From Rhodothermales bacterium (GTDB lineage Bacteria > Bacteroidota > Rhodothermia > Rhodothermales > Bin80), in NCBI GenBank assembly GCA_965216255.1, contig OZ244148.1, forward strand, positions 4,907,962-4,971,961: a stretch of 64,000 nt of DNA. The letters run 5' to 3'. Made by a program: the position numbers and the translations under genes. Positions 45,601 through 51,600 of the stretch are shown here, piece after piece. Under the pieces are notes generated by a model. The model saw only the letters and a list, made by a program, of their open reading frames with translations, had not been told where the DNA came from and did no database searches. Each line of letters starts with the position of its first letter. Within the stretch, counting starts at the first letter, position 1.

Positions 45601-48600
45601 GGGTGTGGATGCGGTGTTTGCGGTGAAGCTGAGCGAGGCCAGCGGCCAAGAGGTGACGGTGTCCTACACGACGGTGGATGTTACGGCGACGGCGGGGCAG
45701 GACTACGATGCGGTGGTGGGCGGAAGCCTGGTGATACCGGCGGGCAAGACGGATACGACGATAGTGGTGGGGACCACAGACGATGACCTGGATGAGGAGG
45801 ATACGGAGACATTCACGCTGGTCCTCAGCGCGCCGTTGAATGCGACGCTGGATGAGGATGAGGGCACGGGCACGATATTGGACAATGACGACGCGCCGAC
45901 GGTGAGTATAGAGGATGCGCCTTCGGTGACGGAGGGCGTGGATGCGGTGTTTGCGGTGAAGCTGAATGTGGCAAGTGCGCTTGAGGTGACAGTGCCATAT
46001 GAGACATCGGACGCTACGGCGACGGCGGGGCAGGACTACGATGCGGTGGTGGGCGGAAGCCTGGTGATACCGGCGGGCAAGACGGATACGACGATAGTGG
46101 TGGGGACGATAGACGATGTGCTCTCGGAGGAGACGGAGACGTTTGTATTGACGCTGCAGGATCCTGTGGGCGCGAATTTGGCTGTGAGCGCTGCAGTGGG
46201 CACGGGCACGATATTGGACAATGACGACGCGCCGACGGTGAGTATAGAGGATGCGCCTTCGGTGACGGAGGGCGTGGAGGCTGTGTTTGCGGTGAAGCTG
46301 AGTGTGGCAAGTGCGCTTGAGGTGACGGTGCCGTATGCGACATCGGACGTTACGGCGACGGCGGGGCAGGACTACGAGGCGGCGGTGGGCGGAAGCCTGG
46401 TGATACCGGTGGGCAAGACGGATACGACAATAGTGGTGGGGACGATAGACGATGCGGTCTCGGAGGAGACGGAGACGTTTGTATTGACGCTGCAGGATCC
46501 TGTGGGCGCGGATTTGGCTGTGGGCGCTGCAGAGGGCACGGGCACGATAGAGGACAATGACGAAGTGCCGACGGTGAGTATAGAGGATGCGCCTTCGGTG
46601 ACGGAGGGCGTGGAGGCTGTGTTTGCGGTGAGGCTGAGCGAGGCAAGTGGCCGTGAGGTGACGGTGCCGTATGCTACGGTGGACGCTACGGCGACGGCGG
46701 GGCAGGACTACGAGGCTGCAGTAGGTGGTAGCCTGGTGATACCGGCGGGCAAGACGGACACGACGATAGTGGTGGGGACCACAGACGATGTGCTCTCGGA
46801 GGAGACGGAGACGTTTGTATTGACGCTGCAGGATCCTGTGGGCGCGGATTTGGCTGTGGGCGCTGCAGAGGGCACGGGCACGATACTGGACAATGATGGC
46901 GCGCCGACGGTGAGTATAGAGGATGCGCCTTCGGTGATGGAGGGCGTGGATGCGGTGTTTGTGGTGAGGCTGAGTGTGACCAGTGGTCAGGAGGTGACGG
47001 TGCCGTATGCAACATCGGACGCTACCGCGACGGCGGGGCAGGACTACGAGGCGGCAGTAGGCGGTAGCCTGGTGATACCGGCGGGCAAGACGGATACGAC
47101 GATAGTGGTGGGGACGACAGACGATGCGGTCTCGGAGGATACGGAGACGTTTATATTGACGCTGCAGGATCCTGTGGGCGCGGATTTGGCTGTGGGCGCT
47201 GCAGAGGGCACGGGCACGATAGAGGACAATGACGATGCGCCGACGGTGAGTATAGAGGATGCGCCTGCGGTGACGGAGGGAGGGGATGCGGTGTTTGCGG
47301 TGAAGCTGAGTGTAGCAAGCGGCCAGAAGGTGACGGTGCCGTATGCGACATCGGACGCTACGGCAACGGGAGGACAGGACTACGAGGCGGTAGTAGGCGG
47401 CAGCCTGGTGATACCGGCGGGCAAGACGGATACGACGATAGTGGTGGGGACGATAGACGATGCGGTCTCGGAGGATACGGAGACGTTCATATTGACGCTG
47501 CAGGATCCTGTGGGTGCGGATTTGGCTGTAGGCGGTGCAGAGGGCACGGGCACGATAGAGGACAATGACGATGCGCCGACGGTGAGTATAGAGGATGCGG
47601 ATCCGGTGACGGAGGGAGTTGCGGCGGAGTTTACGGTGACACTGAGCGAGGTAAGTGGCCGGGACGTGGTGGTACCGTATGTGACCTCGGATGGTACGGC
47701 GAATTCGCCGGGGGACTATGTGGCGGAGCCGAGCGGCAGCGTGAAGATAAAGGCAGGAGAGACGGAGGTGACGATAGAGGTGCATACGATAGATGATGTA
47801 GAGCAAGAGGAGGAAGAGACGTTTGCGGTGACGTTGTCCGATCCTGTGGGTGCAGCGCTGGCTGTAGGAGGTGAGGCGGCAACGGGCACGATACTGGACA
47901 ATGATGGGGCGCCGACGGTAAGCATAGAGGATGCACCTCCGGTGACGGAGGGCGGGAAGGCAGAGTTTGTAGTGAGGCTGAGTGTGGCCAGTGGCCAGGA
48001 GGTGACGGTACCGTATGCGACCTCGGACGCTACCGCGACGGCGGGTGCGGACTATGAGGCGGAAACTGCGGGGAGCCTGACGATAGAGGCCGGCAGGACG
48101 GATACGACAATAGTGCTGCAGACGCTAGACGATGACCTGAACGAGGAATCGGAGACGTTTACGGTGACATTGGGCGAGCCGGTGGGTGCGGAGTTGGCTG
48201 TAGGAGGCGAAGATGGTACGGGCACGATACTGGACAATGACGATGCGCCGACGGTAAGCATAGAGGATGCACCTCCGGTGACGGAGGGAGGGGAGGCGGT
48301 GTTTGCGGTGACGTTGAGTGGCGTAAGCGGCCGGCAGGTGGTAGTGGCGTACGCTACGGGTGACGGCACGGCGACGGGAGGGCAGGATTATGATGCGGCG
48401 GTGGGTGGAAGCCTGGTGATACCGGCGGGCAAGGCGGATACGACGATAGCGGTGCAGACGATAGATGACGCAGAAAAGGAGGAGACGGAAACGTTTGAGG
48501 TTCTGTTGGGCGATGTGCAGGGTGCAACGATAGAAGAAGGCAGAGGGGTGGCAGAGGGGACCATAGAGGACAATGAGGGGGTCTCCGTGCGCATAGCGGA

Positions 48601-51600
48601 TGCAGAGGCGGTGATAGAGGGAGGAAATGCGACATTCGCTGTGACGCTGAGCGAGGCAAGCGGCCAGGCAGTGGTGTTGACGTATGCGACACGTGATGTT
48701 ACGGCGATCTCACCGGGGGACTATGCGGCGGAGCCGAACGGCAGCATGACGATAGAGGCAGGCAAGACGGATACGACGATAGTGGTGCAGACGATAGATG
48801 ACACAGAAAAGGAGGAGGAGGAGACGTTTGAGGTGGTATTGACTTCAGCGGCGGGAGCAGGGATAGAGGCGGGAGGATCGGTGGGCAGGGGCACGATTCG
48901 GGACAACGATACGGCACGGACGGTGCGTATAGCCGATGCGGAGGTGGTGACGGAAGGCGAGGTAGCGACGTTTGTGCTGACACTCAGTGGGGCAAGCAAC
49001 CAGGCTGTGGTGGTGGGCTATGCCACGGAAGATGTTACGGCGACCTCACCGGGGGACTATGTGGCGGAGCCGAACGGCAGCGTGACGATAGCGGTGGCAG
49101 AGACGGAGGTCGTGATAGAGGTGCAGACGACGGATGACACAGAAAGGGAGGATAGAGAGACCTTTGTGGTTCGGTTGGGCGACGTGGCGGGTGCGACCAT
49201 AGAGCAAGGGAGCGGGGTGGCAGAAGGGACCATAGAAGATAATGAGGATATCTCTGTACGCATAGCAGACGTTCGGGTGGCGGAAGACGCGGGAGTGGCG
49301 GTTTTTGTGGTGACATTGAGCGCGGAGAGTGATGCGGTGGTGACGGTAGCATACGCTACGGCGGATGGGTCGGCGGAGGCGGGGCTGGACTATAGTTCGC
49401 GCAGTGGCACGTTGACGTTTGCGGTGGGTGATACGGAAAAGGAGATCAGGGTATCGATCACGGACGACGCATTGGATGAGGAGGCCGAGACGTTTGAGGT
49501 ACGGCTGAGTGCCCCTGTGGGGGCGGTGTTGTCGAACGTGGTAGCGACGGGGACGATTTTGGACAACGAGCCCTCGCTGCGTATTGACGATGTAACCGTG
49601 GCAGAGGCAGCAGGTGAGGCTGTTTTCAAGGTTACGCTTAGTCCGCAGAGCAATTGGGAGGTGACGCTAGCGTACGCCACGGCGGATGGGTCGGCGGAGG
49701 CGGGGCTGGACTATTCGTTGGATAGCGGCACGTTGACGTTTGCGGTGGGTGATACCGAGAAAGAGATCAGGATACCGATCACGGACGACGCACTGGATGA
49801 GGAGGACGAGACGTTTACGGTGACGCTGACGAATCCTTCGTCTGCCGGAGTGACGCGGCCGGTGGCTACAGGGACGATAGAGGATGATGATGCTGCGTCA
49901 TCGTTGATAGTAGAGGACTTGGAGGTGTTTGAGCACGAAGAGACCGCGTCAATCAGCGTATTGTTGACCTCAGAGAGCCAGGAGACGGTAGTGGTTCGTT
50001 ATGTGACCGAGGATGTTACCGCGACGGCAGCAGCAGAGGACTATCTCTCAAGCGAAGGCACGCTGGAGTTTGCGCCGGGGCAGAGTCTTGGTCAAATCGA
50101 GGTTGGGATATTGGAGGACGGGCATGTGGAAGGGGACGAGACCTTTCGAGTATTTCTCAGCGATGCGGTGCATGCGGGCATTGCAGATGGCGAGGCCGTG
50201 GTGACGATACGGGACAACGATGTGTGGTCGGAGCTTCGGATAGGCGATGCGATTGCAGCGGAAGGTGGGGGTACGGCGACGTTTGCGGTTTCGCTGACTC
50301 CGGCGGCTGTGGAGATGGTGACGGTAGGGTATGCCACGGCGGACGGGTCGGCGGAGGCGGGGCTGGACTATACGTCGGGCAGTGGGACGTTGACGTTTTC
50401 GGCGGCAGAGACGAGGAAGACGTTCACGGTTGATGTGTTGGAAGACACGGAGGTTGAGCAGAACGAGACGTTTACGGTGGAATTGAGTGATGTCATGGGT
50501 GCGCGGATAGCGCTAGGGATAGGAGTGGGAACGATACTGGACAACGACGGAATCTCGACACTGACCGTAGCGGATATGGAGGTTGGAGAGGAGATAGGTA
50601 CGGCCCGGGTACGGGTGGTGCTGAGTCCTGCTCGAGGCGAGGAAGTCACGGTAGCGTATGCTACTTCGGACGGCACGGCGCGGCAGGGGGAGGATTACAC
50701 GGCCGTGACGAATACGCTCAGCATACCGATAGGGGGGGAGGAAGGCTGGATACCGATAGAGATAACGAACGACGGTATTGTGGAGCCTGACGAGGCGTTT
50801 ACGGTGACGCTGTCGGCTCCGACGCATGCGATTTTGGGGAACGAGACGGCGACGGTGGCCATTGTGGACGATGATCTGCCCGTGTTGAGTATCAACAATC
50901 CCTTTGCACCGGAGCACCAGGGGATCATGGTGTTTATGCTGAGCCTGGATCAGGTCCGTGATGAGGCCGTGACGGTGAATTACGCTACCATGGACGTGTC
51001 TGCGACGGCGGGCGCCGACTATGTATCGCATGCCGGGATAGCCCGGATAGCGGCGGGAGCGTTACGGCAGGAGATCGAGGTAGGGATCATAGAGGACGCA
51101 GCGCTGGAGTCTTCGGAGACGTTCGAGATGGTCTTGAGTGATGCCAGGGGGGCGGAGATAGGAGTAGCCGTGGGAAGGGGGACGATACTGGATAACGATG
51201 AATACAACATGGCGATACGCGATGTGGAGGTAGAGGAGGACGAGGGATCGGCCGTATTCACGGTAGAGCTGGATTATCGCAATACGGACCAGGAGGTATC
51301 GGTATCGTACAGGACGCTAGCGGGCACGGCGGAGGAGGATGAGGACTTTCACGGAGAGTCTGGGCGGTTGGTATTTGCGCCCGGGGCATTGCGGCGGCAG
51401 ATACAGGTCTCGATAGTTGATGATGCGGAGCACGAGGCCGACGAGGCGTTTTCAGTGGTACTCAGCCAGGTGGAGAACGCTACGCTGGTGGATGCGGAGG
51501 CTACGGCGACGATACGGGACAATGATTTACGGAAGGTGGATATCACGGGAGTGACGGTGGTAGAGGGGGAAGGGGTAGCCAGATTTGCTGTGAATCTTGA

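Larger units (their letters stand above)
36650..48580 (+). repeat. Tandem array of about 35 type-B Calx-beta units (about 336 nt / 112 aa), many near-identical
   Basis: Unit APTVSIEDAPSVTEGVDAVFAVKLSEASGQEVTVPYATSDATATAGQDYDAVVGGSLVIPAGKTDTTIVVGTIDDALSEETETFVLTLQDPVGADLAVGAAVGTGTIEDNDD. The 336-nt spacing is visible in the periodic spurious antisense ORFs (39645, 39981, 40653, 40989, 41325 ...). Confidence 0.9.

Noticed and set aside
44564-47806. Very long antisense ORFs inside the Calx-beta array (1080 aa here; also 36172-38280 at 702 aa, 29194-30414 at 406 aa, 31339-32052, and dozens of periodic 60-110-aa ORFs).
   Set aside because: They are Arg/His/Pro-rich low-complexity translations (RRRILYTHRRR...) that repeat with the 336-nt period. 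They are the stop-free reverse complement of a biased GAN/GTN/ACG-rich sense frame. The sense strand has a coherent domain pattern and the antisense does not.
36650-48580. Regular tandem periodicity that could be mistaken for a CRISPR-like array or satellite.
   Set aside because: The period is about 336 nt and there is no short repeat/unique spacer alternation. The whole stretch is one open reading frame encoding Calx-beta modules.
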